Source of the DNA: an uncultured Acidimicrobiales bacterium
Lineage (GTDB): Bacteria > Actinomycetota > Acidimicrobiia > Acidimicrobiales > SZUA-35
NCBI GenBank assembly: GCA_938002965.1
Contig: CALKZY010000017.1
Location: 19,443 to 83,442, forward strand
DNA length: 64,000 nt
Direction: 5' to 3'
Positions 43,336-53,174 of the stretch are shown piece by piece. The position numbers and the translations under genes were made by a program. Position 1 is the first letter of the stretch; each line of letters begins with the position of its first letter. Under the pieces are notes generated by a model that worked only from the letters and a program-made list of their open reading frames with translations, searched no databases and was not told the DNA's origin.

Positions 43336-45627
43336 CTAACCGGCTTCGTTGATGGCCTGCCAAACAGTCTGAGCTGTAAGCGGCATGTCGATGTGCTTTA
43401 CCCCGAGGTGGGAGACAGCATCGATGACGGCATTGTGAATGGCCGGGGTCGATCCGATCGTGCCCGACTCGCCGATGCCCTTGGCCCCTAGAGGATTACG
43501 GGGACTCGGCGTCTCGGTGTTTGAGGTCTCGAATGAGCACAGCTCAGCTGCCGAGGGAATCCCGTAGTCCATCAGGTTGCTCGTCAAAAGGTTGCCGTCA
43601 TCGTCGTAATGGCATACCTCGTAGAGGGCCTGAGCGGCACCCTGAGCGATACCACCATGCTGCTGACCGGTGACGATCATCGGATTCAGGATCTGACCGC
43701 AGTCGTCCACAGCGATGTGACGCAACATGGTGACATGTCCGGTTTCGGTGTCAACCTCGACCAGGCTGATATGAGCCCCGAATGGGAAGGTGGCGTCGGT
43801 GCCATCGAAGTCAAGCTCGTGAGCCAGTCCGGCATCCATCCCGGCCGGGCGCTTCGAGTCGTCATTTGCCGCCTTGGCCAGGTCGGCCCACGACACTGCT
43901 GAGCCGGGGTCACCGGCCACCTGCAGGCCTCCGGCACCGGTAACCAGGTCGGCCTCGTTGGCTTCGAGCATGTGGGCCGCCAGTTGCTTGGCCTTGGCCA
44001 CCACCGTTTCTGAGGCGACAAAGACCGCCGACCCCGCGGTCTGCAGCGATCGTGAACCCATCGTTCCTGATCCCCTGGGGATCTCGTCGGTGTCCGACTG
44101 AAGGATTGTGATGTCGTCCATCTCTACACCGAAGTGCTCGGCCACGATCATGGAGAAAGAGGTGATGTGACCCTGCCCGTGGGCGCTGGTGCCGACTCGC
44201 GCTGTGATGTGACCGTCTTCGGCCACAGAAACAGCTCCGTATTCGACGTGCAATCCGGCTGGGGCCGTGATCTCCACATAGGAGCTCACACCAATTCCTA
44301 ATTGCTTGGGGTCACCCGAGGATCGTCGAGCGGCCTGCTGAGCCAACAATGATTGGTAGTCAGCCGCCTCCAACAACGCATCGAGTGACTTCTCGTACTC
44401 GCCGCTGTCGTAGTTAACACCACCGTGGGTGGTGAAGGGGAACTCGTCGGGCTGAATGAAGTTCTTGCGCCGAATCTCGGTCGGATCAATACCAAGCTCA
44501 TCTGCGGCGACATCGAGGATGCGCTCCAACAGCTGAGTGGCTTCCGGGCGCCCAGCGCCTCGGTAGGCGCCGATGGCGGCCGTGTTGGTCACGGCCGTCT
44601 TGGCGTCGAACTTCATGTTCGGAATGGTGTAGACACCCTGAATCATCTGCTGGGTGAACAGAGTCAAGATGGCGCCAATGCACGGGTACGCACCGGCGTC
44701 AGCAACCACGTTGCAGTCCATGCCGACGATCTTGCCGTCGGAGGTGAACCCCATCTTGGCGTCGAGAACCATGGCTCGGCCATGCACCATGTTGATCATG
44801 TTCTCGGTGCGTTCCTCGGTCCAGCGGATGGCCCGGCCGAGTTGCTGTGCGATCTTGGTCACGATGAAGTACTCGACGTAGCCGCTGGCCTTTGGGCCAA
44901 AGCCACCACCGACGGCGGGAGGCGCCGCCACCCGAAGATTCTCAGTGTCAATGCCGCAGATGCCGACCACGCCGTCTCGCAGAGCGATCGGAGCCTGGTT
45001 GGACATCCAGAGGGTCATATGGTCGCCGTCGGGAATGGCGAGACAGCCGTTTGGTTCCATCGGCACGCCGGCCAAGCGTTGCGAAACCAGCCTGACCTCG
45101 GCGACATGATCGGCGCCCTCGTTGGGATCGCCCTCATACTCGATGGCGGTCGGGAAGCAAAGATTACCGCCTGCTTCCTCGAACAGAATCGGAGCGCCTT
45201 CGGCCAACGCCGCCTCGGGGTCGGTAACCACCGGAAGCGGATCATAGTCGACGACCACGTTCTCGGCGGCGTCAGCAGCCTGCTCTCGGGTGTCGGCCAC
45301 GACAACGGCGACAACGTCGCCAACGCAGCGAACTTTGCCTACGGCGAAGCATGGCCGATTGAAGATCTCGGGCATCATGGCGAAACCCTGGAACGACGGC
45401 ATTTCGAGGTTCCCTGCGTGCCATACGCCTGCTACCCCGGGCATCCCCTCGGCGGCGGAGGTGTCAATCGAGGTGATCGTGGCGTGGGCAAACGGAGAGC
45501 GAACGAAGAACGTGTGTCCAATGCCGTCGACGACAATATCGTCCACGTACAGTTCGTCTCCAGTGAGCAGGGCCGGGTCTTCACGGCGTAGAACCGCATT
45601 TCCGAGAATCGAACCTTCTACTGCCAT
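43336..45627 (-). CDS. xanthine dehydrogenase family molybdopterin-binding subunit, form-II CoxL-like
   Basis: 763 aa. The active-site loop AIGAYRGAGRPEA carries the AYRGAGR signature of form-II CoxL-like proteins rather than the AYxCSFR of bona fide CO dehydrogenase. Confidence 0.9.
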   Translation of the reverse strand: MAVEGSILGNAVLRREDPALLTGDELYVDDIVVDGIGHTFFVRSPFAHATITSIDTSAAEGMPGVAGVWHAGNLEMPSFQGFAMMPEIFNRPCFAVGKVRCVGDVVAVVVADTREQAADAAENVVVDYDPLPVVTDPEAALAEGAPILFEEAGGNLCFPTAIEYEGDPNEGADHVAEVRLVSQRLAGVPMEPNGCLAIPDGDHMTLWMSNQAPIALRDGVVGICGIDTENLRVAAPPAVGGGFGPKASGYVEYFIVTKIAQQLGRAIRWTEERTENMINMVHGRAMVLDAKMGFTSDGKIVGMDCNVVADAGAYPCIGAILTLFTQQMIQGVYTIPNMKFDAKTAVTNTAAIGAYRGAGRPEATQLLERILDVAADELGIDPTEIRRKNFIQPDEFPFTTHGGVNYDSGEYEKSLDALLEAADYQSLLAQQAARRSSGDPKQLGIGVSSYVEITAPAGLHVEYGAVSVAEDGHITARVGTSAHGQGHITSFSMIVAEHFGVEMDDITILQSDTDEIPRGSGTMGSRSLQTAGSAVFVASETVVAKAKQLAAHMLEANEADLVTGAGGLQVAGDPGSAVSWADLAKAANDDSKRPAGMDAGLAHELDFDGTDATFPFGAHISLVEVDTETGHVTMLRHIAVDDCGQILNPMIVTGQQHGGIAQGAAQALYEVCHYDDDGNLLTSNLMDYGIPSAAELCSFETSNTETPSPRNPLGAKGIGESGTIGSTPAIHNAVIDAVSHLGVKHIDMPLTAQTVWQAINEAG

Positions 45628-45698
45628 TTGTACTTGCTCCTCGTGCTTCTGGTTGCTTGCGCTGGTCGGTTTGATCGATGTTGTTCAGTACTGTTTCG

Positions 45699-45771
45699 GG
45701 CGTCAGGGCCGACGCCGTTTTTTCTGGGCGTCGAGAGTGACGCCATTTCTTTGGGCGTCGAGAGTGACGCC
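45699..45771. repeat. three tandem palindromic units GGCGTC-N6-GACGCC spaced 27-28 bp
   Basis: The units lie at 45699-45716 (spacer AGGGCC), 45727-45744 and 45754-45771 (both with spacer GAGAGT). Units 2 and 3 share 21 identical nt (GGGCGTCGAGAGTGACGCCAT). They lie between the xdhC stop and the coxL start. Confidence 0.85.
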
Positions 45772-45788
45772 ATGCCGGACTGAGCCGG

Positions 45789-46616
45789 TCAATGTATGGC
45801 GCCGGAAACATCCTTCAGGGCTGCGGCCTTGCGGCCTGAGCGCATTGAAATAATTTCGGCACAGATGGAAATTGCGGTCTCCTCGGGAGTACGTCCCCCA
45901 AGATCCAATCCAATAGGACCCCTAATTCGGCTGATGTCAGCTTCGGTGACGCCTTCGGCCCGCAGACGTTCGTTGCGGTCCTCAGTCGTTCGGCGCGATC
46001 CCATAGCCCCGATGTAGCCGACATCGGTCTGCAGAGCCTCGAGGGCGGCAGGAATGTCGAACTTCGGATCATGAGTCAGAATGCAGATCGCGTCACGGCC
46101 ACTCAACTGAGGACCAACTTTCGTCAGCAACCGGTTCGGCCAGTCAACGACGACCTCGTCGGCATAGGGAAAACGCTGGTTGGTGGCAAATACCGGCCGG
46201 GCGTCACAAACCGTGACGCGATAGCCGAGTACTTTCGCCACCCTTGTTAGCGCCGCGGTGAAGTCGACGGCTCCGAAGATCAGCATCTGCGGAGGAGGGG
46301 CAAACGTCTCAACAAAGACTGCTACATCCTCCGCTCTCGCTTCACCCCGTGGGCCGTAGTGACGAAGTCCGGTGGTACCGGCTGATAGCTCTCCGGTGGC
46401 ATCACGAATAACGACCCGATCAAGATCATCGTTTCCGAACGAACCAAGCGGCTTGTCACCGACGCCGATCAGGATCTTGGAGCCGAGTTCGGGCAAGTCG
46501 GTTGGATCGGTCTCATCGACCGGTTCCAAAGCGACCACGGTGGCCAAAACCGCCGGGGTCTCGCCGTCTATCGCCCGACCCAACAGGTCGAACAGGTCGG
46601 TCGAATCGCTCGTCAT
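45789..46616 (-). CDS. XdhC/CoxI family accessory protein (second XdhC_CoxI-like segment plus Rossmann-like C-domain)
   Basis: PAVLATVVAL... is followed by MLIFGAVDFTAALTRVAKVLGYRVTVCDARP, the XdhC_C Rossmann domain. Start is set to ATG 46616. Confidence 0.8.
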   Translation of the reverse strand: MTSDSTDLFDLLGRAIDGETPAVLATVVALEPVDETDPTDLPELGSKILIGVGDKPLGSFGNDDLDRVVIRDATGELSAGTTGLRHYGPRGEARAEDVAVFVETFAPPPQMLIFGAVDFTAALTRVAKVLGYRVTVCDARPVFATNQRFPYADEVVVDWPNRLLTKVGPQLSGRDAICILTHDPKFDIPAALEALQTDVGYIGAMGSRRTTEDRNERLRAEGVTEADISRIRGPIGLDLGGRTPEETAISICAEIISMRSGRKAAALKDVSGAIH

Positions 46617-46659
46617 GAGAGCGAGCGCTTTCTCGGTCGAGTGGATCGCGCTGTCCGTG

Positions 46660-46974
46660 TTACCAATCGAGTGGCTCCAGATACAGGTGAATCGTGCCTC
46701 CGCAGGTAAGTCCGACAGCAAATGCCTCGTCATCAGAGTAACCAAAGGTCACGATTCGACGAGAACCGTCCTCCAGGCACTGCAGTGACTCGGTCACCAC
46801 CGCGCCTTCGACACACCCACCTGAGACTGATCCTGCTACTTCGCCATTCTCGTTGACGGCCATCGCCGCTCCAGGCAGGCGCGGTCCCGAGCCGTCGACA
46901 TCGACGACGCGGGCCAGAGCCACCTTGAGGCCTTGATTTCGCCAACGGCGAAGGTCGGGAAGAATCTCTTTCAC
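46660..46974 (-). CDS. XdhC/CoxI N-terminal-domain-only protein
   Basis: 104 aa. ALARVVDVDGSGPRLPGAAMAVNENGEVAGSVSGGCVEGAV...GLTCGGTIHLYLEPL is a complete XdhC_CoxI N-domain ending at a TAA stop. Confidence 0.7.
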   Translation of the reverse strand: MKEILPDLRRWRNQGLKVALARVVDVDGSGPRLPGAAMAVNENGEVAGSVSGGCVEGAVVTESLQCLEDGSRRIVTFGYSDDEAFAVGLTCGGTIHLYLEPLDW

Positions 46975-47008
46975 GGTTTAACGGATCTCCTGATCGAGTT
47001 CGTCCGAC

Positions 47009-47839
47009 CTACGAGAAGCCGGCGCCTTCCAAGGCCCGTCGGGTTAGTACACGGGCCAGGTGCTGGCGATAGTCGACCGATGCATTGAGATCGCTCGACG
47101 GCTCCATGCCTTCGGCCGCTACCTCAGCTGCTTCACTCGCTGATGCTCCACCGGCCAAAGCGGCTTCAACCGCAGCGGCACGTACGGGTGTCGGGTGCAT
47201 GTTGACGAGAGCCACGCGAGCTGATCCATTGACCTGCTGAGCGGAGACCCCGACGATGGCCCAGTCCTGCGCCCGGCGATTGAATTTCTGGAAGTTCCAG
47301 CCGCCGCCAGTGTGCTTGGGAATGCGGACCTCGGTGATCATTTCAGTGGGATCAAGGCTCGACTCAAGGAATCCGGCGAACAGGTCCTCGGCGGCAATCT
47401 CTCGCTCGCCACCTGATGCGCTACGGGCCACAACAGTGCCACCAAGCGCCAACAAGGCGGAAGGGTGATCAGCGGCGGCATCGGCGTGGGCCAGTGACCC
47501 TCCGATGGTGCCGCGGTGACGAACCTGAGGATCGCCGACATGGGCGGTGGCCTCGGCCAGTAACGGTGCATGCTCGGCAACCAACGGATCGATCTCGATA
47601 TCGCGGTGTCGAGTCAACGCCCCGATGGCCAAATGATCGCCGCCGTCGTTCACATACGACAGGTCACCAAGTCGACCGATGTCGACGACTACCGATGGGT
47701 AAGCCAAACGAAGCTTCATCATCGGCAGCAAAGAATGTCCGCCAGCCAACAGCTTGGCTTCGTCGCCGTGTTCGGCCAATGCCGCCAAGGCTTCATCGGC
47801 CGAAGCGGCCCGTACGTAGTCAAATGCGACTGGAATCAC
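47009..47839 (-). CDS. xanthine dehydrogenase family FAD-binding subunit (CoxM-like)
   Basis: FDYVRAAS...[15 protein letters not shown] is the FAD_binding_5 domain, and a C-terminal CO_deh_flav_C-like domain follows. The GTG start at 47839 overlaps the coxS stop as GTGA. Confidence 0.85.
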   Translation of the reverse strand: MIPVAFDYVRAASADEALAALAEHGDEAKLLAGGHSLLPMMKLRLAYPSVVVDIGRLGDLSYVNDGGDHLAIGALTRHRDIEIDPLVAEHAPLLAEATAHVGDPQVRHRGTIGGSLAHADAAADHPSALLALGGTVVARSASGGEREIAAEDLFAGFLESSLDPTEMITEVRIPKHTGGGWNFQKFNRRAQDWAIVGVSAQQVNGSARVALVNMHPTPVRAAAVEAALAGGASASEAAEVAAEGMEPSSDLNASVDYRQHLARVLTRRALEGAGFS

Positions 47840-48312
47840 TGGGAACCTCCGCTGGCCGACAGAACGGCCTTCACGATGTTGTGGTATCCGGTGCAACGGC
47901 AGAGGTTGCCCTCCAGACCTTCACGCACCTCGGCCTCGCTTGGGCTGGGATTCTCATCGAGCAGAGAGATGGAAGCCATGACCATGCCCGGAGTGCAGTA
48001 GCCACACTGAAGCGCATGGCAGTTCATGAAAGCTTCCTGCATCGGGTGAAGTTCTTCGCCGTCGGCAAGGCCTTCGATGGTTTTGACCTGTTGCCCGTCG
48101 GCCTGAGCCGCCAGCATGGTGCACGACTTCACGGCTTCGCCGTTCACGTGGACCGTGCATGCGCCGCAAGAGGACGTGTCGCAACCGATATTCGTTCCGG
48201 TCAACCCAACCTGATCGCGAATGTAGTGGACGAGCAGTGTTCGAGGCTCCACGTCATGGCTATGGCTGGATCCGTTGACGTCAACGGTGATCTCCACTGA
48301 GTCTCCCTTCAT
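47836..48312 (-). CDS. (2Fe-2S)-binding small subunit (CoxS-like)
   Basis: Two cluster motifs are present: [12 protein letters not shown] and [13 protein letters not shown], then NLCRCTGY. Start is ATG 48312. Confidence 0.9.
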   Translation of the reverse strand: MKGDSVEITVDVNGSSHSHDVEPRTLLVHYIRDQVGLTGTNIGCDTSSCGACTVHVNGEAVKSCTMLAAQADGQQVKTIEGLADGEELHPMQEAFMNCHALQCGYCTPGMVMASISLLDENPSPSEAEVREGLEGNLCRCTGYHNIVKAVLSASGGSQ

Positions 48313-48581
48313 AGAGTCAGATACTCCGAATCGCAGAACCACGATCCGGGCTAAAACATCGCCGCACCGCAGCCCAAAGACATGCGTACGGTCGGCGCCA
48401 GCACCGATTCTTGCACACTGTGCCCCCGACTGCCGAGTTCGAGGTCAAGAATTTGGGCAGGCTTATCGAGTTGCCGCCAAAAAGGCGACGGCCAGCCTTA
48501 CGGCTGGCCGTCTTCACACCGTCCGGGAGGGAAATCGGACGGGCGAACTTTGTTAACGCTCTCTACTGGGTCCGACTACTC

Positions 48582-48613
48582 ATGGACCCTAACCACTAAT
48601 TATGGACCCTAAC
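48582..48613. promoter_or_regulatory. 12-bp direct repeat ATGGACCCTAAC x2 at 20-bp spacing upstream of the cox-like operon
   Basis: Identical 12-mers lie at 48582-48593 and 48602-48613, in the 341-nt non-coding gap upstream of coxS. GGGTCC (48568-48573) is the inverted complement of GGACCC in the first copy. Confidence 0.3.
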
Positions 48614-48653
48614 TTCGGTCTTGCCCACAACGAGTAGTCACGTTTTTAAAGGT

Positions 48654-49691
48654 TTAGCCGATCTGCTCAAAGCGAACCAGTCGGTTGGCTCGCAGCGCTT
48701 CATCAGAATCGCCAGCGCCAAACTCCTCGGTCTCGCCGTAGCCGACGGACGTCAGAACGTCGCCGCTCGCTCCAGCATCGACCAGGTACTGTCTGACGGC
48801 ATTCGCTCGATCATCGCTCAGTTGCAGGTTGGCTGCTTCGTCGCCTCGAATGTCGGTATAGCCCTGGACTTCGATGCGGACGTCGTCGCCAGCTGCAGTC
48901 AGGATCTCGGCCGCAGCGTCCAGGTCACCGAAGGACTCGGGGAGAATCTGGGCTGAGGATGTAGCGAACTGAACCTGAGGCAGAGCGTTCAGATCAGCGG
49001 TCACGCTGACCATGAGCTCGTTGTCGATCACATTGGTGACGCCGGGAACTGCAGCAGCAGCATCAAGCGTGGGCTGACGATCATCCTCAGCGTCGATGGT
49101 TCCAGCAACGGTGATTTCCGTTCCCACACCGGTGGCCGTCGCCCCGGTTACGCCCTGGTCCTGCAGTGCTGAAAGCACTGAGGGCTCAAGAATCTCCAGT
49201 TGGTTGTCTACCGACTCGATTCCCTCAACTGCGGCTGCAGCTGTTTCAGCTTCGTCGCTTTCACCCTGGTTGGCCACGTATCCGGTGAGGATGGCGGCAG
49301 CACCGTCGTTCGTTCCGGTGATATCACCGGGGAACGGATCGACCGATGCCTGCACGTCACCAATGACGGGCGCCGGAGGCGCAGTCGTTGTGGTCGTAGG
49401 GGCTTCGGTTGTGGTTGTGGTGGTCGCAGCCGTGGTCACCGTTGTGCTGACCGGAGCGGCTACCTCGGCGTCTCCTTCGGAGTCGTCCTCGACGGCTATA
49501 GCCGCCGGAACGATGTCACCGTCGCCACCTCGCCAGACCGACCAGCCAAAGGCCAGCAGCAGCGCGGCTACAACGGCAAGGCCGGCAAGTAGCGTCTGGT
49601 CGTCAGCCGACACCCGCCACTCCGGAATGAGCTTCTCGCCGTATCCGCCTCCCTCGTCATCGGATAGCGTGCTTCTCCCTGCAGTATTCAC
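48654..49691 (-). CDS. OmpA/MotB-like peptidoglycan-binding protein with BON-like domains and N-terminal TM (paralog of 20139..21164)
   Basis: 345 aa. TM is LLAGLAVVAALLLAFGW, followed by a Thr-rich linker. BON-like segments are present (ITVAGTIDAEDDRQPTLDAAAAVPGVTNVIDNELMV). The OmpA-like C-terminus is IEVQGYTDIRGDEAANLQLSDDRANAVRQYL...NRLV. Confidence 0.8.
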   Translation of the reverse strand: MNTAGRSTLSDDEGGGYGEKLIPEWRVSADDQTLLAGLAVVAALLLAFGWSVWRGGDGDIVPAAIAVEDDSEGDAEVAAPVSTTVTTAATTTTTTEAPTTTTTAPPAPVIGDVQASVDPFPGDITGTNDGAAAILTGYVANQGESDEAETAAAAVEGIESVDNQLEILEPSVLSALQDQGVTGATATGVGTEITVAGTIDAEDDRQPTLDAAAAVPGVTNVIDNELMVSVTADLNALPQVQFATSSAQILPESFGDLDAAAEILTAAGDDVRIEVQGYTDIRGDEAANLQLSDDRANAVRQYLVDAGASGDVLTSVGYGETEEFGAGDSDEALRANRLVRFEQIG

Positions 49692-49891
49692 ATCAACTCC
49701 TGATGTCCGGGCATCTCAAACCCTAGTCATTGGCGGACTCGTCATCGTTCAGACGGTCTGTGGCGGCAAAAGTCGCGGATTATTACCTGACGACTGCCTA
49801 AATCGTAGGCGCGGTGGCCCGTGATGACGGTGATGGCCCGGGGTCGATTTTGAACGCCCGTACCACCGACCGCTAACGGGGCAAGGCAGAA

Positions 49892-51696
<1,805 letters not shown>

Positions 51697-51853
51697 TTAC
51701 CCCGTAGAACCTGAGCTGCGAGTCTCTACCGGACACCGGCCACGAGCCCATCGCCGTGAGCGGCATGCCGGAGTCCAATGAATGAACGGTCGTTTCCCGA
51801 TGACACATCTCAATCACGGCGCCAATCGGGCAAGAAGGTCGGTTACCTGAGCC

Positions 51854-53113
51854 ATGGCAACGTCCTTCGAACTCGACGGATTTGAGCCCATTGAACGCAT
51901 CGGTGGCGGTGGCTTCGGCGACGTCTGGCTAGCCCGCCAGACTAACGTCGACCGCAAGGTCGCGGTGAAGGTCGGCCACGCTCCAATTCAAGACAACATC
52001 ATCAAGCTCCGATTTGAACGAGAGTGCAAGGCCCTGGGGCGGCTGTCAGGTCATCCGAACATCATTGATGTCTATACCGCAGGCACCCTCGGCGACGGAC
52101 GGCCTTATCTTGCCCTCGAATACATCGACGGCGGAACGCTTTGGGAACGACTTCGACGACAAGGCCTGAGCGAGATCGACCTCTGCCAACTAGGCGAGCA
52201 GATTTCGGGAGCATTGACCGTTGCCCATTCGGCCGGCGTCTTGCACCGTGACCTCAAGCCCGAGAACATTCTGATGCGATCCAACGGCGATGCCGTACTC
52301 GGTGACTTCGGCATCGCCCGACTTCAAGACGGTGCCAACACGACATCGGCTGCCATTACAGCCAGCGTGGCTTACGCTGCACCTGAGGTTCTGGGTGGCA
52401 CCAAGGCCAGCGCCGCCAGCGACTTGTACGGTCTCGGCGTCTGTCTGCTCGCATCGATTCTTCAGTCAGTTCCCTTTGTGGACAAGAAGGACGACTCCAT
52501 TCACCCGATCATCAACCGGGTGATGAGCGAGGCTCACCCGCCGCTGAGGAATCGAGGATTGTCCGAAGAACTAACCGACCTAATCGATGCACTCCTACAC
52601 AAGTCGCCCGAGCAGCGGCCTCAATCGGCCGAAGAGGCGAACCAACTCTTCCAGGAGCTCTACTACCGTCGGCGAAGCGAGCCTGTAGGCGGACCCGGAT
52701 CGGTGCTGGGATCCGAGGGCCCGACCTCCATCGGGCGCCGAGCCCAGTCGTCGACTCTGGCGGCGCCAGCAGCTGGAGCCATCGGATCTGGAGGACTCAC
52801 CGATCGTGGACCGGCGACCCGCTCAGCTCCTGCCCCGGCACCGGCCTTCGACAACGGTCCGGCTTTCGGTAACCAACCGGCGACCCGTTCGACGGGTCCC
52901 ACTGCTTCAAACTGGACCGGCTCCAACGGTCTAGGAAGTGCTCCGGCAAGAACCATCAGCACCGGCTCCAGCAGCCAAGCCGACGGATTCGCCCAGTCCG
53001 GGCAAGGCTTTCTGGATCAGATTTCGCCCAAGGTCCGGGCGTTCGCTGCCGCCTACGCCCTTACGTTAATCGTAGGCCTACTTCTCATTCTGTTGTTAGC
53101 ACAGATTCTCTAG
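51854..53113 (+). CDS. Ser/Thr protein kinase with C-terminal TM anchor
   Basis: Canonical Hanks motifs are present: GGGGFGDVW, VAVK, HRDLKPENIL, DFGIA and APE. A Pro/Ala/Ser-rich linker follows, then the terminal TM AAYALTLIVGLLLILLLAQIL. Confidence 0.88.
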   Translation: MATSFELDGFEPIERIGGGGFGDVWLARQTNVDRKVAVKVGHAPIQDNIIKLRFERECKALGRLSGHPNIIDVYTAGTLGDGRPYLALEYIDGGTLWERLRRQGLSEIDLCQLGEQISGALTVAHSAGVLHRDLKPENILMRSNGDAVLGDFGIARLQDGANTTSAAITASVAYAAPEVLGGTKASAASDLYGLGVCLLASILQSVPFVDKKDDSIHPIINRVMSEAHPPLRNRGLSEELTDLIDALLHKSPEQRPQSAEEANQLFQELYYRRRSEPVGGPGSVLGSEGPTSIGRRAQSSTLAAPAAGAIGSGGLTDRGPATRSAPAPAPAFDNGPAFGNQPATRSTGPTASNWTGSNGLGSAPARTISTGSSSQADGFAQSGQGFLDQISPKVRAFAAAYALTLIVGLLLILLLAQIL

Positions 53114-53174
53114 CCCCCCCCGCATCTGGGCGGCTGGCTTAGGGCGTGGCGACAGTAGCCGTCCGATCACCCGA

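Noticed and set aside
44425-45591. Long antisense ORFs. Examples are 388 aa opposite coxL (44425..45591), 57550..58536 opposite korA, 50404..51381 opposite eno, 34955..35974 opposite the flippase-like gene, and 18513..19604 within the repeat gene.
   Set aside because: In high-GC DNA, stop codons are rare on the strand opposite real genes. These products are Arg/Gly/Pro-rich with no recognisable motifs. The opposite strand encodes proteins with strong family signatures.
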